Shown piece by piece: positions 23,870-37,300 of a stretch of 64,000 nt of DNA. Where the stretch lies: positions 3,315,632 to 3,379,631 of the forward strand of contig NC_069004.1 of NCBI RefSeq assembly GCF_001194135.2, in the 5' to 3' direction. Within the stretch, counting starts at the first letter, position 1. Each line of letters starts with the position of its first letter. The position numbers and the translations under genes were made by a program. The notes beneath the pieces were generated by a model. That model saw only the letters and a list, made by a program, of their open reading frames with translations. It made no database searches and was not told the DNA's origin. Source of the DNA: Octopus bimaculoides (lineage: Eukaryota).

Positions 23870-24750
23870 TCACCACCTTGGGTTGAAAAGTTGGGGGCAC
23901 TGGGAAACCTCCCTAATGGCTATCGAGGTACGCCATCACGCTTACAGCGTTGCCGCGGGTGATGGCGAGGCTAATGCGCTGGAACAGCCAAGCACCCTCA
24001 CGAGCCTCACCAGTTACCTCTGCTAGGCGAGTTGCCAGTGGAGACAGGAATCTTGCAGTCAGTGGTCCGACCCCCACCAGACGTCTCGAACGCCACGGGA
24101 TGGAAAATGTAGTTGGCCGACGGATCGCGGTATTTCAGGATTTTGTTCCGTTCGGTCGCAGAAGCTGTAGACCTCGCCCTGACCGCAGCATCCAGGATGT
24201 GAGAAGAAGCAACGGAGTCGCTAACTGTGACATCCCAGACAAGGCATCCGTCCCGCGACCAAGGGCTCAGGGTGAGGCCGTCGGGTCTTTCCCCATCACA
24301 TCTGGACAATCCAGATGGTTCCAACATGGAGGAGATGTTTGCTTGGGCCAAGCTCTTCTTGAGTATCAGGTTCAGCTCCGTTTGACACACAAAGCAACCA
24401 GCATTCAAGCAGCAAGAAAGACCATGGTGGCCGGTGGAGTCGAGGAGCCTACCGCGACGTGCATACGTCAGCAATACGTCTGAGGGCAATGGATCAAACA
24501 CGTGCATACGTCAGCTCCCAATCTGAGGGCAATGGAGACACGAAGTTCGTCCAAGCCGAGTAGGCCACCAACATTAGCCATAAGGATGGTATCAATCCAG
24601 TCACCTGAGTATTTGGCGCTAGCAGACAGTGAGCGGTACCTTGAAAACTGGTCCGACTGGATGAAGGAGGAGTCAAAGGTGATCTTCGAAATTATGTTGT
24701 CCCAAGCTCTCTGACTCCGACAGTCCTCCACTTTCTCAGGAGAAAACAAG
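23870..24750 (-). mobile_element. 5'-truncated, frameshifted CRE-clade non-LTR retrotransposon (Zn-knuckle + restriction-like endonuclease C-terminus)
   Basis: Joined frames read SQRAWD..SGDWIDT..LRVSIALRLG..C / GHHGLSC..LEPSGLSRCDGERPDGLTLSPWSRDGCLVWDVTVSD..ERNKILKY..FHPVAFETSG / EGAWLFQRISLAITRGNAVSV, stop at 23913-23915. The RPDG..WDVTV..E..K..KY REL core and the FQRISLAI.RGNA tail are typical of CRE-like elements. Visibly GC-richer than its flanks. Confidence 0.85.
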
Positions 24751-25934
24751 CTTCAGTTAGAGGTTATGTTAGTCACACGAAGGGATGGTGTTATCCAAGG
24801 AATACTGGTTAACAGTGGAATGATTAAAAAAAAAAACAATTAAGATGAATGTAAATTTACTTTCTCCTGTACCTGATGAGATCCCATTTTGTTTTATACC
24901 ATTACTAGTTTTATCATGTATATTATAGTTTAGGTAAAATTTATTATGTTAATTAGGTAAAATTTATTATGCTAATTATGTTACATCGCTGCTCACCTCA
25001 CCACCCGCATTGACAACCTCTGATCTAAAGTGTCTTTTAATTTGCATGATGAGAGATTTGGCTACTATTTCTAGCTGGTCGAATGACCGTATAGAGGCTA
25101 AGGGCCCTATTGTGTTCGTTTAGTGTTTTAGTGTGTGCGTACGTGTATATGTGAGCGTGTGGTGTGTTTGCTTATTGTTGTTGTTGTTGTTGTGGTGGTG
25201 TAAACGAGATGGCACACACAATAGGGTATAGATATACACCTGATGTCGCTGATATGCAGAATGGTGCAGGCTGGCTGGTGCAGCTGATTGCACCAGCTCC
25301 GGCTCGACAACGACGGTTTGCCTGCCGTCATAGACTTGCACTCATCCAATACCTTCCCCTGCCCACTGTGATATCCATTAACACGTTATTGTTACACACA
25401 CACACACGTTCGCGCGCGCACACACACACACATGTTCACGCGCGTGCGCACACACATAAGCACTCAGAGAAACGCGAAAACACAAACTCACACACACACA
25501 TGTACACACGCACGCATATACATACACGCATATACAGCGAGGCACCTAGTCACATTAAAACATACAGCCATACACACAGTTAATATATATATATAGAGAG
25601 AGAGAGATATACACACAAAACATGTGCACTGATGAACACATATACAGATATAAGATCTTTACCTTTTGGCCGGCACATTTAAAAGAGAATTTTTTGTACT
25701 TTGTATATTTAGTTTGTCATTGTTATTTATGACATATTAACCCTTTGGCCGGCAGATTTAAAAAATGATTGTCACTGTTATTTCTGACATATTTCCTTTG
25801 AGACACGTGTGTATATAATTTAATCGGTTCATTTGTTTTGTTTTGGAAATTATTTTCGTTTACCGTTTTGCTTGTCATTTGAACTGGGTTCAGTCCACAG
25901 CTGCCTTGTGGCTCATCCCCAGTTCTTCTGGGGA

Positions 25935-26239
25935 TTGTTGTTGGCACTCCGTCGCTTCCGACGACGAGGGTTCCATTTGATCAGATCAACGGAACAGCTT
26001 GCTCGTGAAATTAACGTGCAAGTGGCTGAGCACTCCACAGACACGTGTACCCTTAACGTAGTTAAGGGTACAGTGTGATACAGTGTGACAAGGCTGACCC
26101 TTTGAATTACAGGTACAACAGAAACAGGAAGTAAGAGTGAGAGACAGTTGTGGTGAAAGAGTACAGCAGGGTTCGCCACCATCTCCTGCCGGAGCCTCGT
26201 GGAGCTTTAGGTATTTTCGCTCAATAAACACTCACAACG
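25935..26239 (-). mobile_element. SINE, family 3
   Basis: TTAACGTGCAAGTGGCTGAGCACTCCACAGACACG..GTGTGACAAGGCTG block also present at 63190-63510. Related ends at 17185-17500 and 18190-18450. Confidence 0.65.
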
Positions 26240-27387
26240 NNNNNNNNNNNNNNNNNNNNNNNNNNNNNNNNNNNNNNNNNNNNNNNNNNNNNNNNNNNNN
26301 NNNNNNNNNNNNNNNNNNNNNNNNNNNNNNNNNNNNNNNNNNNNNNNNNNNNNNNNNNNNNNNNNNNNNNNNNNNNNNNNNNNNNNNNNNNNNNNNNNNN
26401 NNNNNNNNNNNNNNNNNNNNNNNNNNNNNNNNNNNNNNNNNNNNNNNNNNNNNNNNNNNNNNNNNNNNNNNNNNNNNNNNNNNNNNNNNNNNNNNNNNNN
26501 NNNNNNNNNNNNNNNNNNNNNNNNNNNNNNNNNNNNNNNNNNNNNNNNNNNNNNNNNNNNNNNNNNNNNNNNNNNNNNNNNNNNNNNNNNNNNNNNNNNN
26601 NNNNNNNNNNNNNNNNNNNNTGGTGTAAATCATCCTGTTACCGCTTTCAGTTTCTTCAGAATCGCTGCTTTCGGGTTCGGGTACAGAAATATCCGATTCG
26701 TTTTCGTTCACAATGTGTTTTTGTACCTCTTTCATTCTTTTAAATATATTTGTGTAGGAATTGACAATTTCTTCTTCGTGCCCTTATTTACAATTATTAG
26801 TGCAGCTTTTTTTTCTTTCTTTTCTTTTTTCTATGCTTCTCTACCTGTACTGCTGCCAGGGTCGATAAATTAAGTACCAGTTGCTTACGAGGGTCGATCT
26901 AATCGACTGGGCCCCTCCTCCAAAATTTCGTAATTTGTGCCTAGACTACAAAAAAAAAAAAAGAACAAGAAAAATTATTCAATCACTATTTGTATCTTTC
27001 GAAATGTGTTGCACTTTGGAACGACTTACAAAAGTTCAACCTCTGTCTGAACTCTATGTGTACTTCCATGGAATGAATGTTACATTTGCTTTCCTAAGTG
27101 TAATGTTTCCTAAGTGTAATGTATCTTTCAATGTATCCTGCATTAAAATTGATGTAATCTTTATCCATTTTTGTTTTTCCTTTCGTTTACGTTGTGTGCA
27201 TGCTTCATTACGGATTATGTTAGGATAAGAGCTATGGTTTAGAATTAGCATCAGATAGCATGCTAAAGTTTAAATGGCCACATATACTGTATGCTAAAGT
27301 GGCACTAAAGATTTATTGAAACAGTTTACCTATCAGCAATCTCATGGTCACTCATGACCAAAAGGGGTCTTTACTCTTTTACCTGTA

Positions 27388-27429
<42 letters not shown>

Positions 27430-27809
27430 GTTTTAAATTTCTGAGTGAGAGATATGTAGTAGCAGTACCGAATAGGAAAGTTTATTTGCCAATAGAATGT
27501 GGCAGTCCTATACAAGGACAATGTTAATGTTGTTTAGCCCCAGGAAAAATCTTTTCCCACTGTTTATCAACACAGTTTGTGTCCAGAAACTTAGGTCTGA
27601 GTTTTACATAAGGCTAGAGATGGGCGTAATGACCTTCCTTGCTTACACTATACGGACACAAACTGTGTGTTGATAGCCAGCTGGAAAAGATTTTCCTGGG
27701 GTTAAACAGCAGTAACATCGCCCTTGTATAGGACTGCCACATTCTATTGGCATATAAGCTTTACTATTCGGTACTGTTACCGCATATCTCTCACTCAGAA
27801 ATTTAAAAC
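27430..27809. mobile_element. 380-bp foldback/MITE with ~155-bp terminal inverted repeats, TA-flanked
   Basis: Arms 27430-27584 and 27654-27809 align by eye at about 88% identity, e.g. GTTTTAAATTTCTGAGTGAGAGATATG / CATATCTCTCACTCAGAAATTTAAAAC. Spacer is 69 bp; TA lies on both sides. Confidence 0.85.
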
Positions 27810-27929
27810 TAGCTGTTTTTCTCTTTATGAGATCAGCGAATGTGTGCCACTTAAAAAAATATATAGTGTAACCGAGTGAGCCCCTATCACTAGCCTGTGA
27901 TTGTCTCGCACCAAGGACTGGAAAAAACC

Positions 27930-28112
27930 CAGAAACCTAAATCTGTGAGTATCACGTAGGGCTAGAGATAGGAGCGATGACCCTGCTTGCTTACACTGTA
28001 CAGACACAAACCTATGTCGATAGCCAGCTGGTAAAGATTTTTCCTGGCGCTAAACGGTAACCTCATCCTTGTACAGTACTGTCACATTCTGTTGGCAAAT
28101 AAACTTTACTAT
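27930..28112. repeat. second partial direct copy of the foldback spacer + right arm
   Basis: GGCTAGAGAT..TTGCTTACACT..GACACAAAC..GATAGCCAGCTGG.AAAGATTTT..CACATTCT.TTGGCA.ATAA.CTTTACTA repeats about 27590-27770. Confidence 0.75.
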
Positions 28113-30290
28113 GTATATAAATATTTCCATAATTAAAGCAACCCTCTCGCTTCATAAAATGTTTTATTATTTAATTAATAAGTCACAGTTACACCATGTT
28201 GATGATTTCTGAAAATAAAATAGTGTTATACATGGTTATATAGTTCCATATCATAACATAACAAAATGATTATCTCCCTGCAGCTGTAAAGAGTGTTGAC
28301 TCTACTTTCACAGGGGAGACAATTTTTAGATGACATGTGGCTGTGAGGTTAAAAAGTTCACTCTGTGACCAAATGGTGTCAGATTTAGTCCTATGGAACA
28401 TCATGAGGCAAGTATTTTCCACTTATAATCTCCAGCTGACCAAAACCTTGTAGATGGAAACTAAATGAAGCCAGTTTGTGTTTGTATGTATGTATCTAGA
28501 TTATACATTTAAAATAACACGTTTCCCATGGACCTCTGACAATGCACAATGAGTGACTGGCAGCAGTTAGCTGCACCAAATCTACACATATGTGCCCCAC
28601 CAACTTTGGTTCTTCAGAAATTTCAGAAACAGCCAGATCTGGCCTCTCACACATTACAATACTATTCTAAAAATAAACAATTATGTCACTGCAATATCAA
28701 AGCTATGAGATAATCCATGACTAAAAAAAAAACTTCATTCATACATTTCTATAGATACATACTTTTTTGAATGCCCATTACTCCGATAATTCTGCATTTT
28801 TACAGTTACATGTTTTCCATGACAGTAGATAAATCTTTTTATTCTACAATGTATTTGTAGTGGCTTCATGCAGGCATAGCGTGGATTCGATCCTTGATTG
28901 CCAAATTTCACTAAACACTTCAACAGCACTTTTCTTATGGTAAAACAATAATTTTTCTGTGAATGACAGCAGTTATCCATTTCCCAGATGCCTTTGCTAA
29001 GCAGAATAATGTCTTTGCCTCTTGGCAACCTCCGACGACCTCTCTCACCAACGTCTGACAATCTTTTCAGCAACCTCTGAAAACCTCTCTCGCCAACCTC
29101 CAACAATCTCTACCTCCTCCAGCTGACAGTTTTTTGTACTTTTTCGTTACAGAAAATACACCTTTTGTGGCAGTTATAACGAAATTGCTTTCTTATATCA
29201 GATTAATAAGGCGTTTCAATAGAACATCTNNNNNNNNNNNNNNNNNNNNNNNNNNNNNNNNNNNNNNNNNNNNNNNNNNNNNNNNNNNNNNNNNNNNNNN
29301 NNNNNNNNNNNNNNNNNNNNNNNNNNNNNNNNNNNNNNNNNNNNNNNNNNNNNNNNNNNNNNNNNNNNNNNNNNNNNNNNNNNNNNNNNNNNNNNNNNNN
29401 NNNNNNNNNNNNNNNNNNNNNNNNNNNNNNNNNNNNNNNNNNNNNNNNNNNNNNNNNNNNNNNNNNNNNNNNNNNNNNNNNNNNNNNNNNNNNNNNNNNN
29501 NNNNNNNNNNNNNNNNNNNNNNNNNNNNNNNNNNNNNNNNNNNNNNNNNNNNNNNNNNNNNNNNNNNNNNNNNNNNNNNNNNNNNNNNNNNNNNNNNNNN
29601 NNNNNNNNNNNNNNNNNNNNNNNNNNNNNNNNNNNNNNNNNNNNNNNNNNNNNNNNNNNNNNNNNNNNNNNNNNNNNNNNNNNNNNNNNNNNNNNNNNNN
29701 NNNNNNNNNNNNNNNNNNNNNNNNNNNNNNNNNNNNNNNNNNNNNNNNNNNNNNNNNNNNNNNNNNNNNNNNNNNNNNNNNNNNNNNNNNNNNNNNNNNN
29801 NNNNGAAAAGACTGATATAAAACAGTAACAAAATATAAGAAAATCAAAATTTTTTTTTCAAAAAATGTTTTATTTTTTTTTTCTCCGAAATTTTATAACT
29901 TTTTTTTTGTTTTTGAAAAAAATTTTTTTTCTCTTGGTTTATGCTTAATGAAATGATGGTTTTAATAAATGGTAAATGATGAAAGAGATGGAAAAGGTTG
30001 AAAGGAGAATGTTGTTTAGTCCTTTTAAAAAAATAAAACAACAACAACAAAAAACTGTCTTTTTTTCCAATATCTGGAACAACAGATTTGAGAGTGAGTG
30101 AGAGCTTGGGACACACAGAGAGAGTGAGAGAGCAAGAGGACCCAAAAAAAAAAAAGTTTGTGGTGGTGGTGGTGGTGGTGAACAAATAATTGTTGGTGGT
30201 GAAGAATATATAGCAGCAAACTATGTACAAGAAAGAAAGAAAGAGAGAAAGAGCATGACATGGCTGACAGACACTGAATGAATGTGGAGT

Positions 30291-30493
30291 TCATTCAAGT
30301 TCATGGTAGCGTGCAAACATGGATTTCTTCACTGCCGTTTTGTAAGAGTCGCTGACATCACAGACAATGTTTGCTCCCCGAGCACCGAGTCCCGCACTCG
30401 CCAATCTCCGCTGGGCCTAAAACGAGTCAAAAACAACAGGGGTATTTTTCACGTAAGAATCACATTATCAAGATAGAAACTGTTGTATGTGAA

Positions 30494-30526
<33 letters not shown>

Positions 30527-32071
30527 GAAAGAGAGTTATAGATAAAACGAGGAGAAACATGAAATTCTTGATTTCTACAAGGTGTCTCATATATCTGTCA
30601 GGTGTTGCAAAGTTCCACTTATGAAATACATGGCACACGCGTTTTGGGGTTACACCCACCCACCCCATTTGAAAACATATTCACAAAAAAAAAAAAAGGG
30701 AATTAATTACAGTTATGGTATAAGAAACTGTAATATGGAGTCACAGCACACACTCCCTAAAGCGTGATGGTCCCACAGCTCAACGTAGGAGCAGTGAAGG
30801 GCTGCTGCATAAAGAGGAGCACCAAAAGGTTTCTGTATAAAAAGGAGCATTTAAGGGCAGCCGTATAAGAAGGAGCAATGAACGGTTTCTGTGTAAAGAG
30901 CAATACTGAAAGGCTGTCATGCAAAAAGGAGCACCGAGAGGCTGTTGCTGTTGTTTAACCCTAAGTCAAAACTGTGATCAAGTAGGCCTATGGTCAAAAG
31001 GCATTTTAAGCCAGAATCAACCCATCTTTTTTTTAAGGGTACCGAGGATAAAATCATCCAACGCGTTTCTCATTTTTACCAATATGGTAACGATGTGATT
31101 TATGAGGCATTTGGCTGTTATTTCTATCAAATCTTGTTGGCTCACTGATTGGAGTTGGTTAACGGCAGTAATTGGTTATTTCTTTAATGTTTGGTACTTG
31201 TTCTATCGATATCTTTTGCCAAATTGCTAAGTTACAGGAATGTAAACATACCCACACTGGTGGTCAAGTAGTGGTGGGAGACAAACACAGACAATGGGCT
31301 TCTTTCAGTTTCCATCTATCAAATCTGCTCATAAGGCTTTGATCAGCTGAAGACACTTGCCCAAAGTGCCACACAGTTATGCCTGTGCCATATAAATGAT
31401 GAGGAAGTATCTCCACAGCAGACTGAGCAGCTAGAAATAGCAGCCAAATTCACCCTAAACCACATATTAGTACCTTGGCGGGGGGAAAAAAAAAAAGGCA
31501 CACTGAATTATATATTCCAGGGATATGCAATTCTTGAATGCCTTTAATCACAGGTCAACCTGATCAGGGCTGACTCGGGGTTAAACACCAGCAGCAGCAG
31601 CAACAATAAAACTTAGATACAAAAATAACTGCAGTCGACCTGATGAATCATCAAGCCCATACCACAGTTATTTATTCAACCATAACGATATTCTAGAACA
31701 ATTAATTATTCAGCAAGCCAATATAAAGACCAACAAGTCTTCAATTATGCCAAAAAGGAAAAAAAAAAAGAAAAAAATCTTTTTAATTAAAAAAAAGCAG
31801 GAAAGAAAGAAAGAAAGAGATGCCTTAAGATTACCTGGATAGGTGCAACAATCCCTTGACCTTTTTTACCCAGACCTTGTCCCTCACTCCACCCCATCTT
31901 CTGTAGCAGTTTGTTTCCAATGTTATCAATGCCGATACCTTGCTTGGTTGGTTCCTCGTAGCTACAACACAGGAAAGGTGACACATACATACAGACAGAC
32001 GTACGTACGTATACATATATGCACACATACAGACAGACACACATATATATTAATATATATATATGTGCGTG

Positions 32072-32102
<31 letters not shown>

Positions 32103-34298
32103 TTAGAGAAAGAGTGAGAGTGAGAGACTAGATTATCCAGACACGCTACAGGGCAAAAAGAAACTGTTTTTTTGCCAATCCAATCACACGTTAATTAAAC
32201 TAATTAGTGTCATTCCAGGAAGAAAGAAAGAAAGACTGTAAGCTAAATGTTGTAACGGTCGGACAAGGATGATGGTGGTGGTGGTGGTGGTGGTGGTGGT
32301 GGGGATTATATCGTTAGCAATATGAAGTTAGTTAAATCACCAAGACAACAAGTTATGATCTGAGACAAACCACAAGTTACAGAACAGCAAAGGAAACAAA
32401 CAAAATAAAAATTATTTAATTATCTAAAGAAAAAATTAAAAAAATAGAAGCCCCTCCCAAATAGACAAAAACTGAAGTATTTGCCTAAAAAAAATTTCCG
32501 ATAACACTTGTATGTATGCCTTTCTTTGGCAGTGCTACGTGCATTTATACTTGGGTCAACTAAAACTAGCTCTCGGTTTTTACTGAAGTAACATTCAAAA
32601 TGACACTACTTTCAGCTGAATGCAGTTAATGAAGTGCAGCATTCTACTGTGTGCGAATGTATTATGTAGTTTGCAAAAAAGGATGATCAACTAATGAAGG
32701 TCAGTTGTTTGTTAATCAGTGCTGAATTACAATCGTTAGATTAACACACTGGACAGGGGATGAAAAGGTCAACTCTAATTCCTTATATTTCTTTTGATCC
32801 TACATACTCATATATATACATATATATACATATATATNNNNNNNNNNNNNNNNNNNNNNNNNNNNNNNNNNNNNNNNNNNNNNNNNNNNNNNNNNNNNNN
32901 NNNNNNNNNNNNNNNNNNNNNNNNNNNNNNNNNNNNNNNNNNNNNNNNNNNNNNNNNNNNNNNNNNNNNNNNNNNNNNNNNNNNNNNNNNNNNNNNNNNN
33001 NNNNNNNNNNNNNNNNNNNNNNNNNNNNNNNNNNNNNNNNNNNNNNNNNNNNNNNNNNNNNNNNNNNNNNNNNNNNNNNNNNNNNNNNNNNNNNNNNNNN
33101 NNNNNNNNNNNNNNNNNNNNNNNNNNNNNNNNNNNNNNNNNNNNNNNNNNNNNNNNNNNNNNNNNNNNNNNNNNNNNNNNNNNNNNNNNNNNNNNNNNNN
33201 NNNNNNNNNNNNNNNNNNNNNNNNNNNNNNNNNNNNNNNNNNNNNNNNNNNNNNNNNNNNNNNNNNNNNNNNNNNNNNNNNNNNNNNNNNNNNNNNNNNN
33301 NNNNNNNNNNNNNNNNNNNNNNNNNNNNNNNNNNNNNNNNNNNNNNNNNNNNNNNNNNNNNNNNNNNNNNNNNNNNNNNNNNNNNNNNNNNNNNNNNNNN
33401 NNNNNNNNNNNNNNNNNNNNNNNNNNNNNNNNNNNNNNNNNNNNNNNNNNNNNNNNNNNNNNNNNNNNNNNNNNNNNNNNNNNNNNNNNNNNNNNNNNNN
33501 NNNNNNNNNNNNNNNNNNNNNNNNNNNNNNNNNNNNNNNNNNNNNNNNNNNNNNNNNNNNNNNNNNNNNNNNNNNNNNNNNNNNNNNNNNNGCGCCTCAA
33601 ACTTGCGCCGTGGCTCAGGTGGGGATGGCGCTCCATATTTCTCCCTTCTCTCTTTAGCACGGTCACGGTACTGGGGAGGAACAATAGCAAGTAAGAACAC
33701 TCATAGATAGAGAGAGAGCTAGAACGGAATCCAAGGAGGAGAAGGGCGGCGTCGGGAGTGGGGGGAAGGCAACAGAAAAAAAAAAAAATGAGTAAAAAAA
33801 AAAAAGGCTCCAGTTTTTTTTTGTTTTTGTTTTTATCAGACTACTTACATACTTAACGTATGCAATGCAACGATGCAGTTGCAGCAGTTAACAGCAGCTG
33901 ACAAACATCATGATCGTCATCATCATCATCGTTGTCAACATCATCACATATGTAATAAAGCATTTTTTTATGTCTAATGGTAACATTTGTAGTCAAACCT
34001 AGCAGTTGCCCGTTCAGAAACCACTGCATCTGAAGTGCTCCGTTTAGTTAAGAATGAATGTAAAAAAAAGTTAAAGTTTGTGTGGTGCATAACATAACAA
34101 GGCCACAGCCCATAGCCCAATCGCTACTGACAGTTTCAATATAATATACCTTGTAACTTTTAAAAGGAAACAGAAGTAAACCTATGAAATATACATAAAA
34201 AAAATTTATTGAGCACATATACACACTTGTGTCTGTATACAGTACATGCATATACATACATATATATATACATATGTATGTATGTACATGTATATACT

Positions 34299-34329
<31 letters not shown>

Positions 34330-37300
34330 GTATGCATACATACATATATTTAGGACACATACATACATGCACGAAACAAGGAGAGATCAGAGAGTAAAGC
34401 CTTCCTACCGGTCCTTTTTTATCCCCATCAACTGCACCAGAGCTATATTTTTTCCTCATCACTTCAAGATTTTGCTGTAATAAAAACGAAACACAGACAA
34501 TGCTATCAGTCAAGAAAAAAAAAAAAACGGTAATGATTCCATAGACATCACATATAAAGGCCACAGATTCTGAAGGGAGAAGCAGCAAAGTCATTTTAAC
34601 CGTAACCTCTACGACACATCTGTTATCATCACCACTGGTCCTCGACTGGCATGTATTTTAAACGATGAAAGACGAAAATAAAAAGCAATGTAAACCTTAT
34701 GGGTGTATATGTGTACATATATATATGATTTCCGATGTGTGTACGTCATAATGAAAGGTTATGTGTATGTGTAACCTATGCGTCAATATCTGCTTATATT
34801 TATGTGTGCATCTAATTCTACTTGCATATAACTGTGTGTGTGTGTGTGTTTGTGATTTGATATTAAGCATGATTATGCATAAGACTACTTTCATATGCGT
34901 CTCTTTCCTGAAGGTTGCTCGTTTAAGCCCCATTCTATCTCACGTTAAAATGTTAGATATTAATACCTTATTCTTTCATTTGTTTCAGTTATTTTGACTA
35001 CAGCCATGCTGGAGCACCACCTTTAGTCAAACAAATCGACCCCGAGACTTATTTTTTCTAAGCCTAGTACTTATTCTATCAGCCTCTTTTGCCAAACCAC
35101 TAAGTCACAGAGACGCAAACATGCCAGCATCAGTTGTCGAGTGATGGTGGTGGGGACAAACACACATACGTATATATACGATGGGCTTCTTTCAGTCGAT
35201 GTAACTGACCTACACCCCGCCCACCAACCTTGCTGGCCCTGTGCTAAACTTTGAAAATATTATTAAGATTAGTCATATAGAACTTGAATGGTTCTTTCAT
35301 AAAATTATGGTGGGAAGGCTTTAATAATTGAAACAGGATCAGTCACAGAACTGGAGGTGATGTCAGGTGGGTTGGCACCAATGGGGCTGATATATTATTT
35401 TCTGAAACGACAATAGAGAAAAATGCTTTGGTAAATGGGGGAAAAAAAAAAAACTTACCTTGTGTAAATCAGAGAGTTGCGTGTGTCTTGTGAGAGCCTC
35501 TTTGCTGGGAAACTGTCGTTTGCACAGCAAACAAGCGAGTTTGTTCCAGTCGGTCAGCTTAGCCTCATCAAGGACACCAGTTCGTTGGGTATTGCCAGGT
35601 GCTGGCGTTGTCTCAAATGATTCGTCCTCAGAATCACTGTCACCTCCATATGAGGCCACGAGGGCCGGATTGTTGGCTGCTACTGCCTCAGTAGCAGCGG
35701 CAGCTGCTGCAGCTGCCGCGGCTGCCTTCTCAGTAGGCGTCTGAAGAAAGAGGAGAAGAAAAACTGTTAGAGTACATCGACGGCAAACTGCAAGCAAGGT
35801 CTACTACGAGAAGGTAAATGTGGTACCTACCCACTTTATTATCAATGATTCACTCAAGCAAATGCTTAATCTGAGGCCAGTTATTATGCTGCTTATAAGT
35901 ACCCAATCTTTACCAACAAAGCAATCAAACACACATTTTGAAAACTTACTGAACTTAGTTTATTTTATTTTTTTTCTCTTGTATTTAGTCTGCAAGATTC
36001 TTGATGTAAAATCAGGTTTTAAAACACATTTTGTAGTATCTTGGGAGGGTCATCATGCCAACAATAAACACACACACACTGGTTCCATTTCACTTCTTTT
36101 ATACTACTACTATCATGTGATGTCAAGATGGATTTCTTTTGGTTTTGATCTACTATATCTACTCACAAGGCTTTGATTGACCTAGGGCTACAGAAGACAC
36201 TTGCCAAAAGTGCCAAGCAGTGGAAATGAACCTGAAGGTGGTGAAGTAATGGACACATTGCGAAATAATTTTAAAGGTATACACAACATACACAGACACA
36301 TCATAATTCATTATCTGTATTCCAAGCTGGCATGAGAGAGAGAAAAGTGATGTATTTCTAGAACCAAATACCAGAAGCAGAAGGAAATTACAATCTGCTT
36401 TACAATTTGGCAGTCAACACTCTGCAGGCAGAAGAAGAAGGATGTTTACAACAGGAACTTACCATTGGACAAGGTGGAGGCATTAACCGCTTGTCTTCTA
36501 GACCTCTGCCGCTACTCTGCAATAATCAAAGAAAAGAGATTAAGCTTGGAATGAAGACAGAAAAGAAGCAATATGGAAAATGTTACAGCACACACATTTA
36601 GACTTGGCCACTATTCTGATCTGATGATACAATGTGCATCCAAAAGATGATGGATACACCTTATCCTCCCCCGAATAACCTTTCATCATCTGATACTGGG
36701 TCACCACCTCCAATGTCCCCTCCGTTATAGCAAGACACCTGTTTCTGCCTCTGTGTCTTTGTCACCCTCTAACCTTTCATTCTCAGGCACAAGTTCCCTT
36801 CCTCAAATGCCCCTGCCTCTCTCAAAGATCCCTTGTCTTGCAAGTTACTTGGTGACTCTGCCAGTGCTGGTGCCACAAAAGAAAGCATCCAGTCCACACT
36901 GTAAAGTGGTTGGCATTTGGAAGGGCGTCCAGCTGTAAAAACCATGCCAAAACTAACCTTGCCTGTGCTAGTGCCATATAAAAAGCACCGAGCCTACCCT
37001 GCAGAGTGGTTGGTGTAAGGAAGGGCAACCAGCTGTAAAAACCCTGCCAAAACAGATACAGCAGCTTGGGGTAATTTTTCTACCTGGCCGGCTCCTGTGA
37101 ACCAGCCCACCTATGCATGCATGGAAGATGGATGTTAAATGATAGTGATGATAATGATACACACACACACACACACACATATAACACAAAACAGGAAGTT
37201 GGAAAAATTCTTTGATATCATGATGGTGCTTATTCACCATCACATATATTCCAGTTCCTAATTGGAATCACAAAATTGTACATGTTGGATAAAAACATAT

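Noticed and set aside
23950-24714. Plus-strand ORFs (177 aa, 70 aa)
   Set aside because: Antisense shadows of the GC-rich CRE fragment.
25660-26760. TTAACCCTTT terminus, short direct repeats and an acidic ORF (MKEVQKHIVNENESDISVPEPESSDSEE) suggesting a piggyBac remnant
   Set aside because: Second TIR not found, interrupted by a SINE and a gap, no catalytic motifs.
28735-29229. 123-aa Cys-containing ORF, possible transposase remnant
   Set aside because: No diagnostic motif recognisable; cannot be assigned without a search.
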